45,253 nucleotides of DNA from contig NIVC01000484.1 of the NCBI GenBank assembly GCA_002269645.1, forward strand, positions 1 to 45,253, given 5' to 3'. The translations under genes and the position numbers were made by a program. The DNA comes from Macrostomum lignano (taxonomy: Eukaryota). Below the pieces are notes generated by a model, which was given only the letters and a program-made list of their open reading frames with translations, was not told where the DNA came from and ran no database searches. This document shows positions 11,496 to 22,406 of this stretch, in pieces (within the stretch, counting starts at the first letter, position 1; every line of letters starts with the position of its first letter).

Positions 11496-12179
11496 GGACC
11501 CACAAACAAGATTTTTTACAATAAACAATAAATAACTTATTAAAACATTCCAATAATAATTCTTTGATTTCGTAAGATTTATTATGAATTATGCATTCAA
11601 ATATAATATGTTAGCAATCAGGCTTCGCATAAGAATTCATAAACGAAGCTAAATATGGTCATGAAGAATCAAAATACGCTCGTAACTAAGCTTTGAGATG
11701 GAATTGTTTTCTTTTCTCTAACAACAAATAATCAAAGCAGAAAAGACACAATTAATATTACAACGCAAACTGACAACACACGAGAGGTGCCACACAGGAG
11801 ACAAAGGATTCAAGTCAAAACAAAGCAAAAAAAGCGAAGGTAAAACTTGTTCATGCCGCTTTTATTAGAAAATGTACTATTAATGACTAATAAGACAATA
11901 ATTAAAGTTTATTGGAATTCGCCTTGATGGATAATTAGTCTGAAAATTTTATGGAAGAAAGGAAAGCCTCGACCACGAAATTTAGCGGCGTAAAACAATA
12001 TTATTTATAACAAAGCAGATTGAAAATCAAAAGTAAAAATAGTTCGAACCTGTGTACACAACGAAAAATCTAATAGATCAGTTCTAATGACCGTTGGTAG
12101 ATAGTCTGCTTAATTTATAGAATTTACAAGCAAAATGACAGCAAAACGGGAATTGCGAAATTTTGTTAACACTTACTGT

Positions 12180-12722
12180 CTAGAGGCTGGCATAGCAACT
12201 GAGGATCTGGGAGGCTGGCATAGCAACTGAGGATCTGGGAGGCTGGCATAGCAACTGAGGATCTTTGAGGCTGGAATAGCAACTGAGGATCTGGGAGGCT
12301 GGCCCAGCAACTGAGAATCTGGGAGACTGACAGCAACTGAGGATCTGGGAGGCTGGCATAGCAACTGAGAATCTGGGAGACTGACAGCAACTGAGGATCT
12401 GGGAGGCTGGCATAGCAACTCAGGATCTGGGAAGCTGGCATAGCAGCTGGGGATCTGGAAGGCTGGCCCAGCAACTGAGTATCTGGGAGACTGGCCCAGC
12501 AACTGAGGATGTTGGAGGCTGGCCCAGCAACTGAGGATCTGGGAGGCTGGCATAGCAACTGGGGATCTGGGAGGCTGGCATAGCAACTGGGAATCTGGGA
12601 GGCTGGCCCAGCAACTGAGGATCTTGGAGGCTGGCCCAGCAACTGAGGATCTGTGAGGCTGGCCCAGCAACTGAGGATCTGGGAGGCTGGCCCAGCAACT
12701 GATGATCTGGGAGGCTGGCAGG
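12180..12722 (-). repeat. 28-bp CCCAGATCCTCAGTTGCTGG-family minisatellite (reverse orientation)
   Basis: Plus strand reads GCAACTGAGGATCTGGGAGGCTGGC(CCA/ATA), about 19 copies. Confidence 0.95.
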
Positions 12723-13502
12723 AAGGAAATAGGAAAAGTAATCTAATTATTATACTTTTTATGAAGGTAAAATTTATGGACAGTAAGTGAGGAATGCTTA
12801 AGCCATGAAATGAGTTGAATCAATTTTCTATAATAATTTAGTGCATTATAATATGCTGACAGCAAAACTTCATTGCAGCGAGTAACGAGTATCATATTGG
12901 GGATTCCTCATTAGCTCAAAATATAGTATTGATCATAAGTGGAAGAAATAAACGACACAACTGTAACAATACATCAATCAATATGTCGTAGATTTACGTG
13001 TGTGAGAAGGCACAGCATAACAGTAAACACTAATTTAGATCAATTATATCAGGTCTGACAATTAAAATCAAACTTGAACAAACATGTCAGCAAGAAAAGA
13101 AAAACTTCAACCATAAGAAATTGGGAAATTGATTATCAATATTAAATATAATAATAATAATACAGCACCAGACGGCACAACGGAAAATATTATGAATTTT
13201 CACTTAATATTTACTAAGACTTCAATTAATGCAATTAATAAGTAAAATAAAGTAATCACAATTAGGTCAATAATAACGTAAACACGAACAATGAGTATTT
13301 TAAACTTTATATAAGCTTATCTATCTAGGGGATTAAAATTACTAAACTAATAATAACTTACGCAATCAATTATTTGTATCGACTAATTTACAATAAAAAA
13401 ACCCTACACAAAGACAGACAGACAGACAGAAAACGCAAATAAATCAGCCCGAATTGCTACACGCTACTCGTGCTAACCAGTAGTAGTTATAGCAGTGAGT
13501 GA

Positions 13503-16500
13503 CTATTTCTTAGACGCGGCGGCAGCGATGCCAGAGCACAGGTCGCGATGCAGCACGCTGCCCAGAGTCATCTGTTCGCAGTGGACTCTCAGCAGATTGG
13601 CCTGCCGATCCAACGCCACGTAGACTGGAATTGGCCGACTGGCGCAGGACCGGCCGGCGAACCACAGCTGTCCGGTTGGGGCGCCGGACACCGCCACCAG
13701 ATTGGCGCTGGATCGGACAGCTTCGGCCAGGTCCGAGTCGCTTAACTGGCTGGCGGCTTCGGGTAGGCGGCCTTAAAAAGGACACGGTGTACTATTGCAG
13801 CTCAATTTAGGTCTATATGTACTTTTGTAGACTAATCAGGGACACATGTACTTTTGTATGATACAAAAACGTGTACTTTTTAGCCGGATTAAAACAATAT
13901 TTTGCAGCCTAATTAAGGACAGTACATGTACGAAGTATGTACTTTTGTAGCATAATTTGGGTCCATATGTACTTTTGTGAGACTAATCAGGGACACGTAT
14001 TTTTTAATTTTAGCACAATACAACATGTGTACTTGTGTTACCCCATGAAAGACAAAATGTACTTTTGTATGAATCAAAACCGTGTACTTTTTAGCCTGAT
14101 TAAGATTAGTATGTACTTTTGTAGCTGAATTTAGGACAACCTGTACTCTCGTAGCGCATTACAAGAACCATAGGTATTTATAGCTAAATACGAGTAAATT
14201 GAAGATTTAGTGTACTTTTGTATTTTAGTTAAGAAGAATCTGTACTTGACCATTTTTTAGAGGTAGGGGGGGGGTTGTGTGCACCCTGGCGCACTTTAAG
14301 CGACATTGGCACACAACCGGCGAGAGGCATTACTGCCCATTCCGCCGACTCCCCTGAGCAGGCATACAAGCGCGCGGATACGTACGCAGGCACACACTCA
14401 CACAGGAGTGTACAGCGGCCCTAACTTTATTTTATCGTTAGGCATGTACACTTCACTGTGCCTTGGGGGTTGGCTCTCAAGGCCGTTAATTGCACGAGCA
14501 GAGCCAAGCCGAGATTCCAATTCAGCCCCAAATTAATGTGACTGCATTTGGAATCGAGCCTGGGCCGCTGGCACACCAGAGCAGCTGCGCTACCGCTGGG
14601 CTACGGCCCCCCTCTGTACTTGACCATATAAGGATTATAACAATCAATTTACTAATCTACCTTTCTCCTCATTAAGTCCTTTTAGCTTGCCAGACTCGGC
14701 AGTAAACTGCTGAGCAGACATAGTAACCGGGGCAAGCAGTTCCCCAACCGGAGGCTGGACGCTAGCCCGAATCTCCTGGGCGCCATTGTCCCAGCGCAGT
14801 AACAGCTGACAGGCTGTGGTTGAGTCGCCCCAGGCCACTTCAGCCTGTCGGGTGGTATTAACGCCAGGCTCCAGGGTGTCAATGGGTTCCGGCGGTTGCA
14901 GAGCCGGTCCGGCGGCGTGCTGCAGGGTCACGTGACGCATCGCGGCGCTGCTGTGATTGGTGAAGACTAGGCTAAGAGCGATTCGACCGCTGGCTAGGCA
15001 GGTGCGAGGGAAGGAGTAGTCCACCTGGGGGATTAGATGGGGCATAAGTGTTATATTATGTAATTCGCTTTTACAAGCTCACTCAATTTATATACAGGTT
15101 AGTAGTCGATGTAGCCTGTCAATAAGAACCCATTTTGAGCTTCAATTAGACGTTAATTAGGGGAAAAAATAATTATTAGGCGACAATTAGAAGCCAAATT
15201 GGGCGACAATTAGAAGCGAAATTAAGCGCCAATTAGAAGTCAAATTAAGCGACAATTAGAAGCCAATTTAGGGACAATTAGAAGCCAAATTAAGTGACAA
15301 TTAGAAGCCAATTCAGGGACAATTAGAAGCCAAATTAAGTGACAATTAGAAGCGAATTTAGGGACAATTAAAAGCCAATTCAGGGACAATTAGATGCAAA
15401 ATTAAACGACAATAAGAAGTCAAATTAAGCGACAATTAGAAGCCAATTTAGGGACAATTAGAAGCCAAATTAAGTGACAATTAGAAGCCAATTCAGGGAC
15501 AATTAGAAGCCAAATTAAGTGACAATTAGAAGCCAATTTAGGGACAATTAAAAGCCAATTCAGGGACAATTAGATGCAAAATTAAACGACAATAAGAAGT
15601 CAAATTAAGCGACAATTAGAAGCTAAATTAAGTGACAATTAGATGTTAAATTAAGCGAGAATTATAAGTCAAATAAATCGTCAATTAGAAGCTAAATTAA
15701 GCGATAATTAGAAGCCAAATTAAGCGCCAATTAGAAGCCAAATCGAGCCAAAATTAGAACCTAAATTAAGCGACAATTAGAATTCAAATTAGGCGACAAT
15801 TAGAAGGCCAAATTAAGCACCATTTGGAAAGCTAAATTAAACGCTAAATAGAAGCCAAATAAATCGTCAATTAGAAGCCAAATTAAGCATTAATTAGAAG
15901 CCAAATTAGGCGCTAATTAAAAGACAAATTAAGCACCTTTTAGAAGCCAAATTAGGCATTTTTTTAAACCAAATTAGGCGCCAATTATTAGCCGTTTTTT
16001 CTAAAGACAAAAGAAAAAGAAACAATACGTATATACGCACCTGCAAGCCAGAAGCGCTGTACTTATTAACCAGACTGTACATCCTGTTAGGCGTGGGCAG
16101 AAGCAGCAGATCATCCGGCATCAGACCGAACGGATCAACTGGCCGACTGGTAGACTTCGACGGAGCAGCTGGGGCAGCGGTTGGATTAGTCGGGCCGAAA
16201 TCTAACAGGCTGGCTTCCGCCGGCTGTTGCTGCTTCTGCTTGGATTTCTGCTCTTTCGGCTTGACAGTCACGGCTGGTTTTGCATTTTGTTGCTGCTTAG
16301 TTTTAGGCGGCGCCGCCACTGAAGAGTCTGATGAGTCTTCTTCTTCTTCATCTGAATCTTCATCTTCGTCTGAGTCGTTTTCTTCTTCTTCAGAAGATTC
16401 CTGCGTCTTCACGGGCTTTTTCTGCTGAACGATCGGCTTCTTTTTAGTATTCTCTTCCTCGCTGGAATCCTCTTCTTCATCATCATCTTCCTCTTCTTCT

Positions 16501-19500
16501 TCTTCTTCATCTTCATCTTCCTCCTCATCTTCTTCATCATCTTCCTCATCTTCGTCTTCATCTTCTGATTCGTCTGAGCTGCCGGAAATCCTGTCGACGC
16601 CGCCGCGAGAATAAGCGGCCATAGACGATGGCGCCGGAGCGGGCGCGGCCACAGCCCGAACGCTCGAATCCGGCTGCTCAGCAGGCCAGTCTGGCAGAGC
16701 CTGGTAGCCCGGCAGTCGGAGATTAAGCAGGTGCGACAGGCTGCCCAGCTGGAATGGCGACTTTTCGGCGAATCTAGACTGAACCTCCGGAGCGGGCTTC
16801 GGCGCTAATAGTATCTTCTTCACTCGCTTGCCGGCTAGCAGTGTCGGTTCAGCGACGCTCGGATCCGGCAGGACTAGCGGGCGTAGGAATCTGCTGCGAT
16901 CGCGGATGTCGTAGTTCTGATCGTATTTGGCCAGGTTCAGCACGTACTGGGCTAGCAGACGGGCCTGCTTGGGATTGCACACACACAGCTTGGCGGCCAG
17001 GTTCACGATCTGCAGCTTCACCTGCGGCGATGAAGCGGTATGCTAATCTTGAGGATCAGGTAAGGTTTTCCCAGCAACTGACACTCTGGGAGGCCGTGGC
17101 CCAGCAAATCAGGATCTGGGAGGCTGGCGGCCCGGCAACTGAGGATCTGGGAGGCTGGCGGCCCGGCAACTGAGGATCTGGGAGGCTGGCGGCCCGGCAA
17201 CTGAGGATCTGGGAGGCTGGCGGCCCGGCAACTGAGGATCTGGGAGGCTGGCGGCCCGGCAACTGAGGATCTGGGAGGCTGGCGGCCCGGCAACTGAGGA
17301 TCTGGGAAGCTGGCCCAGCAACTCAGGGTCTGGGAGGCTGGCCCAGCAACTCAGGATCTGGGAGACTGGCATAGCAACTGACACTCTGCATGGGAGGCTG
17401 TTCCAGCAACTGACACTATGGGAGGCTGGCCCAGCAACTGACACTCTGGGAGGCTGGCCCAGCAACTGACACTCTGGGAGGCTGGCCCAGCAACTGAGGA
17501 TCTGGGAGGCTGGCTCAGCAACTAAGGATATGGGTAACTGAGTGACAAACCCTCACCTGGTCCTCCTCCTCCAAGAATGACTTGGCAAACTTGCGCAGCA
17601 CGTCAGGTGCAATCTTCGGTATGCGATCGCAGTACTCGCCAATCAGCCACAGAATAGAGGCCCTGGCCCTAGGTATGGCGATGCCATCAACCAGCCTGGC
17701 GAGGTCAACAATCATGTGACTGTGATCGCTTGTTTGCACCTGTAGTAGTTTCTTAATTACTACTATAGCCTCAGCAACAACAGATTCGTCTTTTTTAGCC
17801 AGCAGACTGACAAGGTTATTCAGGCAGGTGTCGGTGGTGTCGGGCAGCTGGGAGGCGCATCGACCGATGGCGCGTACAGCGGCGCTTGCCAGTTCAGAGT
17901 CTGGCGACGATACGTAGGCTTGCAGTTCGCGGAGCAGAACCTACAGTATGTGAACGAATAATGGGATTGAAATAGCCATTCATGAGCTTACAGGGCCAAT
18001 GTAAAAACCAGTCACCAAGGTCTAGAAGGTACATGTACAGGGTACACCCTGTGCGAGCGAGAGTTCTTAATGGCTCATTGGGTCTGCGAAGTGGAATGGC
18101 TCTTAAGTCGCCAAGGCTTATAAGAGGAGAATTGCTACTGAGATCCCAAGGCTTAAAAAACACATCAAATAGAACTAACTCTTTACAGACTATTATTATG
18201 TTTGTAAGCTTTGATCCCCCCAAAGGGGGCTTCGTGCGCTAGTCCACATACTAAGTTGATAAAAGTCTAATTACTGTCAATTAGACAATAAAACTCACCG
18301 GAAAATTAGAATCGGTAGCCAGATTAGTAAGAATATCCAGTTTCACCAATTTCACACTACTCGAGTCGGTGCTATGAATGTAGAAACACTTCAAATGACC
18401 GGATAGCAGATGCGGCGAACTGGCCGACAGGGCCGACAGACTGGTCAGTACGCAGCTTTGCACTTCGGGCGAGGCGCGTAACAAGCGAACTAGATGACGG
18501 ATTACAATATTCATGTAGCCGGGAGGGGCGCAGTGGTAATACAGCTGGGCTACAGCCATCACTACAGCCGCGTTCTGGCTTTGGAATAGCGGTCGAACTG
18601 TCCGCAGTAGCAGCTCGTGATCCGGGTCTAGCGGGTTTTGCCTCTCCTGCTTTTGGTTCTGCTGGGCTGGATCTAGGAACTGCGTGCGGACGTACCTGGA
18701 TTGGGACAGGGTGGGGACAGATGGATAGATAGGTAGATAGAGCAACAGTATCCACGTTGGGGTAGAATGAGGGTAGACACTGGGGTAGAGTGAGAGAGTA
18801 GACACAGTGGGGTAGAGTGAGAGTAGACACAGTGGGGTAGAGTGAGAGTAGACACAGTGGGGTAGAGTGAGAGTAGACACAGTGAGGACGAGGTAAAGTG
18901 AGATAGTAGTAGACACACTGGGTAGAGAGAGTAGACAGAGAAGTAGAGTGAGATAAGAGTAGGCACTATGGGGTAAGAGTGAGAGAGTAGACAAAGTGAG
19001 GTAGAGTGAGGGAGTAAACACAGTAGGGTAGAGTGAGAGACTAGACACAGTGGGGTAGAGTGGATAGTAGACACAGTGAGGTAAAGTGAGATAGTAGTAG
19101 ACACACTGGGTAGAGAGAGAGAGTAGACAGTGAAGTAGAGTGAGATAAGAGTAGGCACTATGGGGTAAGAGTGAGAGAGTAGACACAATGGGGTAGAGGG
19201 AGAGTAGAAGAAGTGATAGTGAGATGGTTTGCACAGCAGCAGGGGGCTCACCTAGTCAGCATATTGATAATGACAACCTGTCCCCAGTCTTGCACATCGG
19301 CTAGCAGTTCGCACAACTTCCTATAATTCTTGTGAATCAAATCGATTCGATTCGGACAAATCTCTTCAAAAGCTTGTATAGCAACGCCAACAACTAGTGT
19401 GGTTTTATCGGCTAGCAGTTTCTCAATAACGCCCATTAACTGTGGCTTAGTCTCTGGGTCTAGGCTATAGATTTTCGGTATGGCCAATGCGGCAGTTTTA

Positions 19501-20036
19501 CGAACGTAGGCTGACATATCGGACACAGCGTCTTGCAGAGCGAGAGTCTGTATTGGCAGGATCACGGGCACTCGAATACTAGTTAAGACTCGAAGAGCGC
19601 TAGCCCTAATCAGCTGATTAGGATCTTTCAAAGCGCGCTGGAATGTAGCAATAGACAGCAAAGCCAAGTCTTGCTGCTCCTCGGCGTAGCGAGTCAAGTA
19701 AACGTAAACCAATTTTTTCACTTCCGAATTTTTCGATACGACATTTTTAACAACAGACGGAAACAAATCCGAGCAATCTTTGCCCTTAGCAACCATAGCT
19801 ATGATTCTGCGCATAGCTTCGAGTTTCTGCGAATCTTTGCTAGACTCTAACATCGCTCTTAGGTCGTCGTGCTTTTTGAAATCGCCGGAGAAGAACGCGG
19901 AGCCAGCTGGATCAGCGGCGCTACTCCGGGTGCCTCGGTCGCCATCCTGACTGCCCGTTGATGAGGCGTGATCTGGCGGGGGCAGGCCCAGCTGGTCCAT
20001 GGGCGAATTGTAGGGTTGGAAACCGCCGTTGCTCAT
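13503..20036 (-). CDS. AP3B1: AP-3 complex beta subunit (beta3-adaptin), 6 exons, ~1059 aa
   Basis: complement(join 19252-20036, 18299-18695, 17557-17940, 16041-17021, 14661-15024, 13503-13771): all GT-AG, phases consistent, 3180 nt open. Adaptin trunk ([29 protein letters not shown]; [26 protein letters not shown]; [15 protein letters not shown]), acidic Ser/Glu/Asp hinge, clathrin-box-like SLLDF and a C-terminal appendage. B1 vs B2 paralogy is not resolvable. Confidence 0.96.
13790..14225. repeat. Degenerate tandem repeat (TGTACTTTTGTA core) in the last AP3B intron
   Basis: More than 12 recurrences of GTACTTTT with partially duplicated context (ACTAATCAGGGACAC at ~13831 and ~13983). Confidence 0.75.
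14420..14612 (-). mobile_element. Putative tRNA-derived SINE
   Basis: Minus strand reads GGGGCCGTAGCCCAGCGGTAG (A-box-like) ... GGCTCGATTCC (B-box-like) at tRNA spacing, followed by a non-tRNA body and an A-rich tail (TAAAATAAAG). No clean cloverleaf. Confidence 0.55.
15175..15990. repeat. 22/23-bp minisatellite with a 180-bp higher-order duplication (AP3B intron 4)
   Basis: Unit GACAATTAGAAGCCAAATTAAG(T/C). 15241-15420 and 15421-15600 differ at about one base. Confidence 0.95.
17060..17525 (-). repeat. 28/31-bp CCCAGATCCTCAGTTGC-family minisatellite in AP3B intron 3
   Basis: Plus strand GCAACTGAGGATCTGGGAGGCTGGCGGCCCG (31 bp), about 6 copies, plus 28-bp variants. Confidence 0.95.
18210..18242 (+). 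mobile_element. Helitron-like 3' terminus in AP3B intron 2
   Basis: GATCCCCCCAAAGGGGGCTTCGTGCGCTAG|T: the same hairpin + ~10 nt + CTAG|T layout as 5467-5495. The 5' end was not identified. Confidence 0.45.
18770..19225. repeat. Purine-rich ~25-bp minisatellite in AP3B intron 1
   Basis: GTAGACACAGTGGGGTAGAGTGAGA variants, with a ~188-bp duplicated block (18891 vs 19079). Confidence 0.9.
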
Positions 20037-20274
20037 TTTGCTGGCGCTGCTGCTGCAAGGTGCAGATCACGACAGATGAGTTGCGGCGTACAATTGCTAC
20101 TGTATGACACGCTGATATTCTCTGTATCGTATGGGGCTAGCCTAGGGTTCAATCAGGGTGTGGGATTAATCATGGGATACTTAAATATATGGGGTCGCTT
20201 AGATCATGGGGTATTGCTTGGTCTGGAATAGATTAGAGTGGGCTTGCTTTGAGGGAGATCAATCAGAGTATGGA

Positions 20275-20650
20275 TTGAGGTATGGGATCAATCGGGGTAT
20301 GGGATCAATCGGGGTATGGGATCAATCGGGGTATGGGATCAATCAGTGTATGGGATCAATCAGTGTATGGGATCAATCAGACTATGGGATCATTCAGTGT
20401 ATGGGATCAATCAGTGTATGGGATCAATCAGACTATGGGATCAATCAGTGTATGGGATTAATCAGTGTATGGGATCAATCAGACTATGGGATCAATCAGT
20501 GTATGGGATCAATCAGTGTATGGGATTAATCAGTGTATGGGATCAATCAGACTATGGGATCAATCAGTGTATGGGATTAATCAGTGTATGGGATCAATCA
20601 GACTATGGGATCAATCAGTGTATGGGATTAATCAGTGTATGGGATCTATC
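20275..20650. repeat. 17-bp tandem repeat upstream of the AP3B start
   Basis: GTATGGGATCAATCAGT / CTATGGGATCAATCAGA, about 22 copies. Confidence 0.95.
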
Positions 20651-21444
20651 AGGGTTTGGAATCACCCTAGGGTGCGAGATCAATATTTAATTATAGGATT
20701 GCAAACTAAACCCTGTATAATCATAACTTTCTAACTAAAAAAAGTTAGCAAAAAAGTCAGAAATACTCCAAAGCGTTACACACTGAGACCAAAAGAACTC
20801 AACAAAATAAGCGCTGCACCCATCCCCCAAAACAGCAAACCGCTTTCCAGCAGAGGAGGAGCAGGTAGGCTGGCGCGGAAAAAAAGCTACGACTCTCGTT
20901 CACCCTCTCTCCCAAACCGCCAAACGTTTGCCAATGTATTTATTTGCCAAGACAACTTTAAACAGCTATAACCAAACTGAACGCTCTCTGTGAAGCAAGA
21001 GGGGAATCACTGGGGACGGGTATAACACGTCAAGCAGACACTGGGACAGACAGAGTTAATCGTCAAGCAGTTTCAGTCGAGCACAAATCAAACAACAAAG
21101 AATTTTTTTTAGCCACTCGCGCACTTTTTGTCGAACTCTTTCAAAGATCGATTTGGAAAAGAACCCCAATAGCGACGAAGAAATTTGATAAAACGAAAAC
21201 AATATGATGGCATTCCAATCCCCGAACGTAAGGGTATTAAAAGATTAAATTTAGACTTTAAAAAAGTGGAACAAACAATAATCATTACTATTAATAGAGC
21301 AAACAGCTGTAGTTAAGCATGGTAAGACTACAGTTACTAGAATAGCTAGATTAAACTCGCAAAATACATCTATACTACTTTTCAGTAGCAAATTTCGCTT
21401 TTTTCGTTATCCAAGTTTTTCTTCCAAGATTCTAAAAGGTAATT

Positions 21445-22225
21445 ATCTGCAACAATCGTCTCTGACTTTCTACAAGCAGACCCATTGAACAAGCATCTTC
21501 CCCCTGTTTTACAGACTCTAGACTGCCTCAGACTTGAAATTATTCAAAAGCAGCGTTTGAAGCGTCGCTTCTGCATCAGGCAAGAAAGAAAAAGATTGGC
21601 GCCTCTTCCCTCCAGCCAGGCCGATAAACAGTTTGGCTTACCTCTTGCTCGCTTGTCTGAATTTTTCCTCTCCTTACTGCTCTCTCATTGGCTGAGCCAC
21701 ATCGGTCCCCTTGACTGAGTTTTGTCTGTCTGATTTTGCCCTCTCTCCTTACTGCTCTCTTATTGGCTGAGCCAGATCGGGCCTGTCCCCTAGACTGAGT
21801 TTCGTCTGTCTGATTTTGCCCTCTCTCCTTACTGCTCTCTTATTGGCTGAGCCAGATCGGGCCTGTCCCCTAGACTGAGTTTCGTCTGTCTGATTTTTCC
21901 CTCTCTCCTTACTGCTCTCTTATTGGCTGAGCCAGATCGGGCCTGTCCCCTAGACTGAGTTTCGTCTGTCTGATTTTGCCCTCTCTCCTTACTGGTCTCA
22001 TTGGCTTAGCCAGATTGGGCCTTCCCTCTGGACTGATTTTCGTCCGTTTTCATTCGTTCTTAAGCCCCATATGCTCCCAAAAGAACGAAATTTTAGACTC
22101 CCAAATTAAATTTAAATGACAATGCGCAGACAAACTACTGAGAACAAGAGAAGACATACTACTGTTTATGACTTTACTGCGAGTGACATACCTAGTTATT
22201 CTAGTATCTGTGGATAAAACCTAGC
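21445..22225 (-). repeat. Dispersed element copy B, with five 80-bp CCAAT-containing monomers
   Basis: Period 80 (21721, 21801, 21881, 21961). Reverse complement CAGACAGACGAAACTCAGTCTAGGGGACAGGCCCGATCTGGCTCAGCCAATAAGAGAGCAGTAAGGAGAG. Shares flank blocks with copy A (AGTCTAAAATTTC, AGCATATGGGG, AAGCCAAACTGTTTATCG, GG.TCTGCTTGT.GAAAG.CAGAG.CGATTGT.GCAG). Confidence 0.8.
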
Positions 22226-22406
22226 AAAATAATAACAATTCTAACAACACGCCCAATTTACGTAAGTAAATACCGGTGGATATACTTAGTATTATCAATT
22301 CCTATTTAATGCAGCCGAAACAGATGACAATAGACAGAGTCGCTGAAAATCGTACGCAAGGGCGCCAATTTCCCGTTTAAGGAGTTTATCGAATAAATAA
22401 TTGCTA

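Noticed and set aside
12166-12698. Four overlapping minus-strand ORFs
   Set aside because: All are translations of the 28-bp minisatellite.
16300-16600. Long Glu/Asp/Ser run in AP3B as a novelty
   Set aside because: An acidic hinge is a known feature of beta3 adaptins.
18696-19251. Apparent hydrophobic N-terminal extension of ORF 18281..19234
   Set aside because: It is AP3B intron 1 (minisatellite); donor at 19251 and acceptor at 18696 give the correct adaptin sequence.
20206-20734. GINQCMGSISVWDQS repeat ORFs
   Set aside because: Translations of the 17-bp tandem repeat.
22160-22190. TTACTGCGA resembling part of a flatworm spliced-leader sequence
   Set aside because: Only about 9 nt match, with no SL RNA donor or Sm-site context.
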